From Candidatus Micrarchaeota archaeon CG1_02_55_22 (GTDB lineage: Archaea; Micrarchaeota; Micrarchaeia; Norongarragalinales; UBA97): a DNA stretch of 61,659 nucleotides. The position numbers and the translations under genes were made by a program. Below the pieces are notes generated by a model that ran no database searches, was not told where the DNA came from, and saw only the letters and a program-made list of their open reading frames with translations. Where the stretch lies: assembly GCA_001871595.1 (NCBI GenBank), contig MNVH01000011.1:1-61659 (forward strand), written 5' to 3'. Below, piece after piece: positions 25,389-33,238 of this stretch; position 1 is the stretch's first letter; every line of letters starts with the position of its first letter.

Positions 25389-25583
25389 ATGAGGCTTACT
25401 CGGGTGCGTTACTTGCCGCCGGGTGTAATTACGTCAACCTGGATTGATGTTTTTAACGATAAGGTTCTTATTGGCGTGTTGCCTAGGAATGAAAAGCCCT
25501 ACGGCCTGTTGGTGCGGGACAAGTCTCTTGCCGAGTCCATGCGCGCCTATTTCAATCTGCTGTGGAAAAGCTCGTTTAAATAA
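25389..25583 (+). pseudogene. Short ORF that may be the C-terminal remnant of a TrmB-like regulator
   Basis: The 64-aa sequence VRYLPPGVITSTWIDVFNDKVLIGVLPRNEKPYGLLVRDKSLAESMRAYFNLLWKSS resembles the C-terminal effector region of TrmB-type regulators. No HTH part is present. The frame is open upstream only to 25266 with no other start. Confidence 0.25.
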
Positions 25584-25589
25584 CGCGGC

Positions 25590-25994
25590 CTATTCGGTCG
25601 GCTTGCCGTCGTATTCCTCGGGCTCGTTTAAGGCATCTTGTTTCGTGTGCCTTACCGTGCCGTCCACGTGTTCGGGCGGTGAGTAGACGGTATAGAGCTT
25701 GAGTTTGGCGGTCTTCGAAGTGTTCGTGACGTTGTGCAGCGCGCCGGCTGGCACGATGATTCCGTCGCCATCACCAACCTTGTGCGTTGTCTTGTCTATC
25801 AGTACTTCGCCTTCCCCTGACTCGAACCTGAAGAACTGGTCTAGATGGCCGTGGGTTTCTTTCCCAATCTCTTCTCCCGGGTTGAGGTTCATGAGCACCA
25901 GCTGGCTGTGCTTGCCCGTGTAGAGTACGCGGCGGAAGTCCGTGTTTTCCAGCGTCTCTTTTTCCAGTTGTATTGCGAAACCTTTTTTCACCAT
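25590..25994 (-). CDS. Cupin domain protein
   Basis: Motifs GEEIGKETHGHLDQFFRFESGEG and GIIVPAGALHNVTN fit the two cupin motifs. The ATG at 25994 lies 9 nt after GGGGGA; the ORF track uses TTG 26003. Confidence 0.7.
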   Translation of the reverse strand: MVKKGFAIQLEKETLENTDFRRVLYTGKHSQLVLMNLNPGEEIGKETHGHLDQFFRFESGEGEVLIDKTTHKVGDGDGIIVPAGALHNVTNTSKTAKLKLYTVYSPPEHVDGTVRHTKQDALNEPEEYDGKPTE

Positions 25995-26028
25995 GTTAAA
26001 CAATCCCCCGAAAGGTTATTGGTGCAGA

Positions 26029-26038
26029 TTATATTAAA
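26029..26038 (-). promoter_or_regulatory. Candidate TATA box for the cupin gene
   Basis: The minus strand reads TTTAATATAA, with its 3' end about 34 nt upstream of ATG 25994. Confidence 0.3.
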
Positions 26039-26371
26039 CGTATTTAGCGAGTGATGTTTTTTTGTGGAGTTTAAAATTATGGTGACGGCCGAGTTTCTCT
26101 TTGATTAAACGCATTTTTAAACTATCGTGGTTTAATCAATGCGTTGTTTTTCTGAGGCGATTTGAACGGACTCGGTTGAATGTTCAAACGGCCTTTTTGA
26201 GTATTGAGTTCAAACCTGGGAAAAATTTGGAATGAAGCGGGCCCGTTTTTTCGCGTTGTTAGCCTTGTTCGCTTTAGCTTGGTAGTGCTTGGTTGATTAA
26301 TCTGTGGGGGTATATCGCAGAATCTTGGTTAAACCCTGTTTGCTCAAAGAGCCTAACCAGATGGGAGCGGG

Positions 26372-27940
26372 CTAGGCGAAAGCTAGAGAATTTTGTGTTA
26401 CCGGTTTAGTTGTCGCGTGCGACGCCTCAAACTCAGTTAACACTCGTACTATCTCGTTTTCTATTCTTGCCTGCGCCTCAAGCGTGCTCGCGCCGATGTG
26501 CGGTGTGAAAACCACGTTGTCGAGCTCGTGTAGTTTGCCGCGCTGCAACGGTTCTTCCTCGAAAACGTCGAGCGCTGCCCCGGCCAGTTTGCCGCATTCG
26601 AGCGCCTCGGCGAGGGCTATAGAGTCAACTACTTTGCCGCGGGAGGTGTTCACGAGGAAAGCGCCGTCCCTCATTGTCGCGATGCGCCTTCGGTCAAGCA
26701 GTTTGTTTGTTTCGGATGTTAGTGGTACATGCAGCGTCACGATGTCGGATTCGCCGAGCAGTTCTTCCAGTGAATTCTTTTGTTCCACGCCCACGTCTTT
26801 AAAGTCTTCAGGGTGCAGGAACGGATCGAACCCGACGATTTTGACGCCGAACGCTTTGAGGCGTCGTGCCACCGCACGGCCGATTCGGCCTACGCCAACT
26901 ATCCCTACGGTTTTTCCGCCGAGTTCGACGCCGGTGAAATAGTTCTTGCGCCACTCTCCGCCGGCGGTAGAGGCGTGGGCTTGAGGGATGCGGCGCAACA
27001 AAGATAGCATCAAGCCTATGGTCAGTTCTGCAACGCTCTCCGTGCTTGCGGTGGGCGTGTTGACCACGCGTATGCCGCGTTTTTCAGCGTGTTTCACGTC
27101 GATGTGGTCTAAGCCCACGCCGAAGCGGGCGACGAGCCGTAAACGACTGCTCGCATCAAGTATTTCCGCGTCGAGCTTCTCATTGCCTCTGTAGACGAGC
27201 GCGTCGAATGCGGGTAGCAGTTGTAGGAGTTTGTCTCGGGGCAAGTCGCCGTAAGCCGCGACATTAAACCCGTTATTTTCAAGTTTTTCTGCGTTTATAT
27301 TGCCCACAACGAGCACGCGCGGCTTTCCAGAGATTTTTTCCTTGTGTTCAATGCTTTTTCGTGCTACTTCGCACAAATCCCCTCGGACCTTCACGTTGGC
27401 AACTACTTCGAGCACGGGCTTGGCGTTGAATGCTATTGACAGCCCCGCCGCGTTCATCATTTCCGCGTCGTTCGCCCCGTCGCCGACCACTATTGTCTCG
27501 GCTCGTGTAAAGCCAAATTCTTCTTGCAGGCGCTCGACGAAGGCTCGCTTTGCGTTTGCGTCAACAAGGGGTTCGGCGTGGCCGGTTATCAAGCCGTCTT
27601 CTTCAGTAGCCTTATTCGCCGTCCACGCCGCGGCGCCCAGTGTTGTCCCTATCCTTTCGGCGAAAAAATCGAAGCCGCCTGATGCCAGCGCTATGGTGAA
27701 TCCAGCGTCCTTGAGTATTCTTATGGCTTCCGGCGCTTCCTTGCGCGGAACCACTCGTTTGCCTTGTTCATAAAACTCTTCCGCGGGCATGCCTTTCACT
27801 GCGCGGAACCGTTGGGCCATCGCGTCGCGGAACGTTGTTTCGCCGCTCATTGCCTTTGCAGCGGTGCCTTGCGTCTGCGGAAAGGAGTCCCAGAACTCGG
27901 CGTCGCAAAGCGTTCCCTCAATATCGAAGACTATCAGCAT
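26372..27940 (-). CDS. Fused phosphoserine phosphatase (HAD, SerB-like) / D-3-phosphoglycerate dehydrogenase (SerA-like)
   Basis: The N-terminal about 200 aa has HAD motifs (VFDIEGTL..., IALASGG, VGDGANDAEMMNAAGLSIAFNAKP). The C-terminal about 310 aa is a 2-hydroxyacid dehydrogenase (GIVGVGRIGRAVARRLKAFG, NTSRG, FTPHIGAST). No ACT domain is evident. Confidence 0.75.
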   Translation of the reverse strand: MLIVFDIEGTLCDAEFWDSFPQTQGTAAKAMSGETTFRDAMAQRFRAVKGMPAEEFYEQGKRVVPRKEAPEAIRILKDAGFTIALASGGFDFFAERIGTTLGAAAWTANKATEEDGLITGHAEPLVDANAKRAFVERLQEEFGFTRAETIVVGDGANDAEMMNAAGLSIAFNAKPVLEVVANVKVRGDLCEVARKSIEHKEKISGKPRVLVVGNINAEKLENNGFNVAAYGDLPRDKLLQLLPAFDALVYRGNEKLDAEILDASSRLRLVARFGVGLDHIDVKHAEKRGIRVVNTPTASTESVAELTIGLMLSLLRRIPQAHASTAGGEWRKNYFTGVELGGKTVGIVGVGRIGRAVARRLKAFGVKIVGFDPFLHPEDFKDVGVEQKNSLEELLGESDIVTLHVPLTSETNKLLDRRRIATMRDGAFLVNTSRGKVVDSIALAEALECGKLAGAALDVFEEEPLQRGKLHELDNVVFTPHIGASTLEAQARIENEIVRVLTEFEASHATTKPVTQNSLAFA

Positions 27941-28047
27941 TCAATTACATTCCAGAAGAACTGCTTTGGTTGCGGGGGTATATCTTTATTACTCCGAAAG
28001 AAAGGTTTATTTGCTCTAAAATAGTCTATTATTCGGGTGGTTTTGGA

Positions 28048-28491
28048 GTGAATGCACCAGTGCTTGACGGCAGGGATTTGGCGTTGATTGAGGCGTTGCG
28101 CGGCGACTCGCGGTTGTCGGAGAAGAAGCTCGCCAAGCGCACGCGCATTCCTATGACTACTGTTCACAATCGGCTTAAGAAACTGCGCGATTCGGGCGTC
28201 ATCGTGCAGTATACGATTCGCGTTGATTCTGCTAAACTGGGCCGCCCGCTTATTGCTTTTGTTATGGTGCGCGCCTCGCCGGGAGCGGACCAGAAGAAGC
28301 TCCTAAAGTTCGTGGCGTCGAAAGAAGGCGTGGACGAGGCGGCCATGGTTACCGGCGAGTTCGATATACTCTTCCGTGCCCGTGTAGCGTCAATGGAGGA
28401 ACTCAACGAGCTAGTCGTACAGGAGCTACGCAAGAGCGATATGGTCAGCGACACGCGCACGATGCTGTGCTACGAGTTGGTTGAGGCTTAA
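28048..28491 (+). CDS. Lrp/AsnC family transcriptional regulator
   Basis: LDGRDLALIEALRGDSRLSEKKLAKRTRIPMTTVHNRLKKLRDSGVI is followed by a RAM-like domain. The GTG at 28048 follows GGTGG. The 218-aa track ORF is an unsupported 5' extension that overlaps the serB/serA gene on the opposite strand. Confidence 0.8.
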   Translation: MNAPVLDGRDLALIEALRGDSRLSEKKLAKRTRIPMTTVHNRLKKLRDSGVIVQYTIRVDSAKLGRPLIAFVMVRASPGADQKKLLKFVASKEGVDEAAMVTGEFDILFRARVASMEELNELVVQELRKSDMVSDTRTMLCYELVEA

Positions 28492-28495
28492 CGGT

Positions 28496-29350
28496 CTAGT
28501 ATCTGTGCCCGTGGTGTATGTGCAGATTTTCCATTATGTCACCCAAGTTCATGCCGGGTAGTCTGTAGCCTGATATTTTAAGTGCCTCACGTAGTTCTTC
28601 CTCGCTTCTTAGGAGGGGTGCGGGCTTTAGGAGCGGTTTTCTCCCCGACTTGTAGAACGGTTCAGGGCGCAGGGCGTTTCTAGTGAATGTTGAGAGATCC
28701 AGGAGCTTGAAATTGATGTTGCTTGCTCGGAATCCGTTTGGGTCTGCTTCGTCTTCCCCCGGGTCTATCCCGTCCATCGTCATACACGTGTTGTCAATCA
28801 ATTCTACCTCGCCTTCCGGGGTACGGATTACATTGCGAAAGTGCGGGTGGTTGTGGCGCACGTTGCGATAATGGTTATCGTAGATGCGCCCAATCACTTT
28901 TGCGGCCAGAGCTACGCGTTTCTTGCGGCTCCAGAACCTGAACGACAAGTCCTGTAAGTTCTTGCCAGGAATGTACTTGTTTAAGTAAATAACACAGTTG
29001 TTCCCCTTGTTGGTCTTTCCGGCTAGTACTCCTAGCGGTTGTTCAATTTTGGCGTTACGGCTTTGCGCTTCAAGTAGAAGCTCTCTGGCTTCCTCAAACA
29101 CGCGCTCTGGCTTTCTGTCGGTGATGCTCACTCGGGCAACGATTTTTCCGGCGGGTGTATCAAACAAGTGTGCGCTAATCCGCTCGCTGGGCTCTTCTTC
29201 CGAGAGTACCTTTTCATGTCGCCAACTCTGAGCGCCCGTAACTGGTCTTTCTTCATCCAAACTGAACGTGTGAGTGACGGTAATTCTTCGGTCGCCTAAG
29301 TCTAGAGTTTCTCCGGGTTCGGGGCGTTGGGCAGGGGTGGGTATGCGCAT
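28496..29350 (-). CDS. Hypothetical protein with a protein-kinase-like (APH/Kdo-kinase-like) C-terminal pattern
   Basis: CVIYLNKYIPGKNLQD (hinge-like), VRHNHPHFRNVI (HxDxxxxN-like, but with His in place of Asp) and VELIDNTCM (DFG-like). Weak, by eye only. Confidence 0.3.
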   Translation of the reverse strand: MRIPTPAQRPEPGETLDLGDRRITVTHTFSLDEERPVTGAQSWRHEKVLSEEEPSERISAHLFDTPAGKIVARVSITDRKPERVFEEARELLLEAQSRNAKIEQPLGVLAGKTNKGNNCVIYLNKYIPGKNLQDLSFRFWSRKKRVALAAKVIGRIYDNHYRNVRHNHPHFRNVIRTPEGEVELIDNTCMTMDGIDPGEDEADPNGFRASNINFKLLDLSTFTRNALRPEPFYKSGRKPLLKPAPLLRSEEELREALKISGYRLPGMNLGDIMENLHIHHGHRY

Positions 29351-29402
29351 GAGCTAGATTCTTTTTCGTGCACGCGCAATAAAAGCCTGCCGAATTCTAT
29401 GA

Positions 29403-30014
29403 TTATTTGAGTATCTTGCCAGTCTTCATGTGCCAGAGGTAGAAGTCGAGCTCGCCTAAGCTGGTTCCCGTCGCTTCGGCCAGTTCGAGCAGTACGTCTT
29501 CGATTTCTAGGTATTTTTTCGGTGTAAGCGTCTTCGGTTTTTTTAGGATTCCGTGTTCGGCGAGCACATTGAGTATGTGGCGGTCTATTACCGCGACGTC
29601 GTAATAACCGACATTGCGCAGGAAGTGGCTTGCTTCCTTCATACCGATTCCTTTCACGTTAGCCGCGAGCCACTCGCGTCTTGTCGCTGAATCGCCCATT
29701 GCCTTGAGCTCTTCAAGATTGGCCTTGTGCTTGCGCGCTTCGAACAAGTATTTGGCACGCACGCGGGGAAAGCGGTAGCCGTGGCTTCTAAGCAAGGCCT
29801 CAATCTGCGTTTCGTTGTATATTGAGAAGTCGGGAACGGCGTTCTGAATGCGCATCCCTCCTTCGGAAGTATAATTTGCGGTTGTGATGCAGAAACACAG
29901 CTCGCTGAACCAATTCGGGTTGTTTGATAACTCGTTCATGCGTTTATGCACTAGCGGCTGGGTCTGGAGCCGTGTTTGCTCGACTTTTCGGGCAAGTTTT
30001 CCTAAACTAGTCAT
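29403..30014 (-). CDS. N-glycosylase/DNA lyase (archaeal Ogg2-type 8-oxoguanine glycosylase)
   Basis: HhH-GPD context VKGIGMKEASHFLRNVGYYDVAVIDRHI and WFSELCFCITTANYTSE. Length is about 200 aa. Confidence 0.6.
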   Translation of the reverse strand: MTSLGKLARKVEQTRLQTQPLVHKRMNELSNNPNWFSELCFCITTANYTSEGGMRIQNAVPDFSIYNETQIEALLRSHGYRFPRVRAKYLFEARKHKANLEELKAMGDSATRREWLAANVKGIGMKEASHFLRNVGYYDVAVIDRHILNVLAEHGILKKPKTLTPKKYLEIEDVLLELAEATGTSLGELDFYLWHMKTGKILK

Positions 30015-30102
30015 TTGCTTGTTTCTACGTTCGGATTATATTGTAGTCTCGGTTAATCCTTTCTAGTAGAAAACGGTTATTATCCGGTTAGTTGATGCGT
30101 TA

Positions 30103-31194
30103 ATGGGTTTGCCTGAAAAGATTACTGAGATAGAAGCCCAGCTCGCGAAGACTCAGGTCAACAAGGCCACCGAGCACCACGTTGGCATGCTTAAAGCCAA
30201 GTTAGCCCGGCTGAAGGCTGAGCTGGCGAGCCCGGCCAAGGGTGGCGGGGGTCCGTCGGCTGGTTTTGACGTAAAAAAGTCGGGCAATGCGTCCGTCGTT
30301 TTCATCGGCCTCCCCTCGGTAGGCAAGTCGACGATGCTTAACGCGCTCACCGGCTCAAAATCCAAGATTGCAGCTTACGCCTTCACCACGCTTACGTGCA
30401 TTCCGGGAATGCTGCATTACAAGGGCGCGGACATCCAGCTGCTCGACTTGCCAGGAATCATTGCGGGCGCGAAAACGGGCCGGGGCCGCGGAAAAGAAGT
30501 GCTAGCCGTTGCGCGCAACGCTGACTTAATACTGCTAATAGTGGATTCTTTCGATCCGCATTATGCTGCCAAGCTCGCGAGTGAGTTGTACGGAATCGGT
30601 ATTCGCCTCGACGCCGAGCCGCCTCGCATGACTCTTCACCGAACGGATAAGGGTGGGTTGAACATCTTTTTTGACAAGCCTAACACGAAGATGACGCAAA
30701 AGACGTTCGAGGCTATACTAAACGAGTACGGGTACTTCAGCGCTAACGTAATCGTGCACGAAGACATTTCCGCCGACCAGCTCATTGATTTCCTCGTCGA
30801 TACGCGTCGTTACATCCCGTCTCTCATCGTTTTGAACAAGATTGATTTGTTAAAGAAGAACGTTCTGGCGAAACTGGATTTGGGTGACGAGTTTGTCGGT
30901 ATCTCGGCGCAGAAGAATAGGGGTATTGATGAACTAAAAGAGGCGATTTACCGCAAGTTGCGCCTCATACGCGTCTATACTAAGTCTCGTCACGAGGGCG
31001 TTGACGACGACGTGCCGTTAATGGTGCGCGAGGGTTCGACTATAGAGCAGGCGTGTGTTGGTCTGCATAGGGATTTGGCCGAGAACTTCAAGTACGCCTT
31101 CGTCTGGGGTCCTTCAGCGAAGTTTCCAGGCCAACGCGCCGGGCGCGACCACAAGTTGAAGGACGGCGACACGTTCTACGTGCGTCTCAAGTGA
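30103..31194 (+). CDS. DRG/Rbg-type OBG-family GTPase with C-terminal TGS domain
   Basis: G1 GLPSVGKSTMLNALTG, AAYAFTTLTCIPG, G3 LLDLPGII, G4 LNKIDL and a TGS-like C-terminus (RVYTK...GDTFYV). Confidence 0.85.
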   Translation: MGLPEKITEIEAQLAKTQVNKATEHHVGMLKAKLARLKAELASPAKGGGGPSAGFDVKKSGNASVVFIGLPSVGKSTMLNALTGSKSKIAAYAFTTLTCIPGMLHYKGADIQLLDLPGIIAGAKTGRGRGKEVLAVARNADLILLIVDSFDPHYAAKLASELYGIGIRLDAEPPRMTLHRTDKGGLNIFFDKPNTKMTQKTFEAILNEYGYFSANVIVHEDISADQLIDFLVDTRRYIPSLIVLNKIDLLKKNVLAKLDLGDEFVGISAQKNRGIDELKEAIYRKLRLIRVYTKSRHEGVDDDVPLMVREGSTIEQACVGLHRDLAENFKYAFVWGPSAKFPGQRAGRDHKLKDGDTFYVRLK

Positions 31195-31196
31195 GC

Positions 31197-32294
31197 CTAC
31201 TTTTTAGTCTTTTTCTTTGGTTTGGATGCTTTATGGGCTTTCGCGTCGGTTACCATGACGCGGTGTGGGAAGGGTATCTCGATTCCGTTCTTGTCGAATC
31301 CGTTCTTGATTTCTTCGACGAGGCGGTTCTTTATTCCGATGAAGCCGCCTTCCTTTGAAAGGTCGGTCCACACGAGCGCGCTCAATGTAATGCCCGAATC
31401 CGCGAAGTCGCCCACTATAACTGCGGGCTCCTTGTCCTTCTGGTCTTTTATCACGGCCGGGTCGTTCTTTACCGAGTCGATGATTACTTTGATTGCCTTC
31501 TTGATGTCGTCGCCGTACGAGATGCTTACCGGTATGACGAAGCGGCGGATGTGGTGTGAACTGTAGTTGGTTATCGGGTTTGTCGCCATGAGTTGGTTTG
31601 GGATGTGCATGCGGATGTTGTCGAGCGTGTCAATCGACGTGGTTCGCAGGCTCAATTCCCTTACTATGCCTTTCACGCTTGTGCCTTGGACTTCGATGAA
31701 GTCGCCGACCTTGAACTGCCGGTCCATTATGATGAATATTCCGCTTAACAGGTTTGAGAATACGTCCTTTGCCGCGAAACCGATGACGATTCCTGCGACT
31801 CCCGCTCCGGTGAGAAGCGCTGCGAAGCCCGCGCTCCAGCCAAGAATATTGAATGTTAGGACTAAGCCTATGGTGTAGGCGGTGTAGTTCAAAGCCTTCT
31901 GTACCAGTTGGTGCGTGTGCGTCGAGAGATCTACTTCGCCCACAAGGTCGTCGAATTGTTTGAACGCGCCGCTGATGTAGCGCACGAAGATGCCAATTAC
32001 TGCCCACGTGAGGATAATTTGGATGACTCGGTCTTGCAGTGATTCTCCGGTAAGGACGTCTAGTACATGGGTGCTGTAACCGCTCCACTGTATTACCAGG
32101 CCTAGTGCTACGAGCCATACGAGGAAAGAGAAGATCTTTCGGAACGCCGTGTGCGTGCCGTCGCTCAAGTTTATGCGGTCGCTTTTTTGGTCGAGTTTGT
32201 AGAATAGCCGGGGAATGATTTCGCCGATAACCAGCGCGCCAACTAACGTGAGCACGATTCGGACTAGCATGTTGTCAAGCAATTCTAGAACCAT
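31197..32294 (-). CDS. Mechanosensitive ion channel (MscS family)
   Basis: TM helices followed by GIFIIMDRQFKVGDFIEVQGTSVKGIVRELSLRTTSIDTLDNIRMHIPNQ. Start set at ATG 32294 (MVLELLDNML). The 120-aa upstream extension in the track ORF overlaps a plus-strand gene. Confidence 0.8.
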   Translation of the reverse strand: MVLELLDNMLVRIVLTLVGALVIGEIIPRLFYKLDQKSDRINLSDGTHTAFRKIFSFLVWLVALGLVIQWSGYSTHVLDVLTGESLQDRVIQIILTWAVIGIFVRYISGAFKQFDDLVGEVDLSTHTHQLVQKALNYTAYTIGLVLTFNILGWSAGFAALLTGAGVAGIVIGFAAKDVFSNLLSGIFIIMDRQFKVGDFIEVQGTSVKGIVRELSLRTTSIDTLDNIRMHIPNQLMATNPITNYSSHHIRRFVIPVSISYGDDIKKAIKVIIDSVKNDPAVIKDQKDKEPAVIVGDFADSGITLSALVWTDLSKEGGFIGIKNRLVEEIKNGFDKNGIEIPFPHRVMVTDAKAHKASKPKKKTKK

Positions 32295-32468
32295 GAAAAA
32301 CCACCACTTGATAAGCCTTAACGCTTCCAACCCTTTTAAACCGCTCGCAGCGGCTTTCCGACGCGTAGGCGTCTTGGGATAAGGTTTTTTAAGGCGTTGC
32401 CGCCCATACTTAGTTAAGTCGGTTTTAGCTTTTTTCCTAGCTAGCCCGTTTTTTGGTGATAAGATTAA

Positions 32469-32753
32469 ATGATTGTTCCAGCTACCATCCGCGCCTTCAA
32501 CCCGAAGACGCGTAAATACGAAGAGGCCAAGGTCAAGGTCACGACCACTAAGATCAAGCCGGGCCGAAAGCTCGCGTGGGGTTCTCGTCGCCACGCCCGC
32601 AAGCTCGCAGGCAACCACGGCAAGGTCAAGGGCAAGGCCAAGGTCAAGAAGCAAGGCATACGCAACAAGATTATGCTGACCTTCGCCAGCGGTTACAAGA
32701 TCGAGCGCGTCATTTCCGGCCGAATGAAGAAGAAGGCCGAAGTCAAACGGTGA
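32469..32753 (+). CDS. Small lysine-rich basic protein, hypothetical
   Basis: 94 aa, beginning MIVPATIRAFNPKTRKYEEAKVKVTTTKIKPGRKLAWG... and ending KKKAEVKR. GGTGA lies 9 nt upstream of the ATG. No family recognised. Confidence 0.5.
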   Translation: MIVPATIRAFNPKTRKYEEAKVKVTTTKIKPGRKLAWGSRRHARKLAGNHGKVKGKAKVKKQGIRNKIMLTFASGYKIERVISGRMKKKAEVKR

Positions 32754-32758
32754 TTTTT

Positions 32759-32923
32759 ATGGTTGAAGAACAAGTCGGTAAAGTTTGCTCGTCAACGGGG
32801 CGCCTCTCGCGCGAATTCGTCGAGTTTCCAGACCCGTCGAACCCCGAGAAAACGATTGTGCGCTCAAAGTGGGCGCGCGCCAACGAGGTTCCATACAAGT
32901 CCGGCGAGTTCACCGGCCCGTAA
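32759..32923 (+). CDS. Small hypothetical protein (54 aa)
   Basis: The ATG at 32759 lies 5 nt after the stop of the preceding ORF. Translation: MVEEQVGKVCSSTGRLSREFVEFPDPSNPEKTIVRSKWARANEVPYKSGEFTGP. It is the 3' part of track ORF 32576-32923. Confidence 0.35.
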   Translation: MVEEQVGKVCSSTGRLSREFVEFPDPSNPEKTIVRSKWARANEVPYKSGEFTGP

Positions 32924-32944
32924 TTTTTAAGGGTGTTTTGAAAA

Positions 32945-33181
32945 ATGAAGCAGGCACGTTCACACAAAAGCGAAAAGTCAGGTAAGGAAGCCCCAAGGCT
33001 CTTTTATTGCAATTACTCGGGCAAGTGGATTACTCGCGACGAGGTCAAGTCCGAGCGCGTAGTCAACCACGAGCACCGGCTCATCTCCAAGCAATCATGG
33101 AGCAACATGCCCTTAAGGAAATCATTCCTGCACGACGCCCAACGCCCGCCCCACCCGCTCGAGCACGTAGTCGGAAACTAG
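32945..33181 (+). CDS. Small hypothetical protein (78 aa)
   Basis: It lies in tandem with the two preceding small ORFs. FYCNYSGKWI faintly recalls the CxFSGxxI start of eL24, but the rest does not match. Confidence 0.35.
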   Translation: MKQARSHKSEKSGKEAPRLFYCNYSGKWITRDEVKSERVVNHEHRLISKQSWSNMPLRKSFLHDAQRPPHPLEHVVGN

Positions 33182-33185
33182 TTCT

Positions 33186-33225
33186 CTAAAAACGCGCCGC
33201 GCTTGCGGCAATATTCTCTTTCTTT
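33186..33225. terminator. Candidate bidirectional terminator between convergent genes
   Basis: Hairpin GCCGC-GCTT-GCGGC (33196-33209) is flanked by an A-run on the left (T-run on the minus strand) and a T-rich tract on the right. Confidence 0.4.
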
Positions 33226-33238
33226 AGTCGTCAGGTTG

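Noticed and set aside
26205-26220. T-loop-like GAGTTCAAACC suggesting a tRNA.
   Set aside because: The flanking sequence cannot form acceptor, D and anticodon arms. The motif is part of the GTTCAAA repeat set in the structured spacer. No tRNA, rRNA or CRISPR array was found anywhere in the window by eye.
27835-28047. 5' extension of the Lrp ORF, and similar extensions at 37205-38470, 38241-39041, 44391-44843, 53322-54461 and 56704-57471.
   Set aside because: The extensions overlap neighbouring genes or promoters and add no family-like sequence. In each case an internal ATG or GTG with an SD-like motif coincides with the start of the conserved domain.
32295-32654. 120-codon N-terminal extension of the MscS ORF (track 31197-32654).
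   Set aside because: The extension has no channel-like sequence and overlaps the plus-strand basic-protein gene that has its own SD. The MscS-like sequence begins cleanly at ATG 32294.
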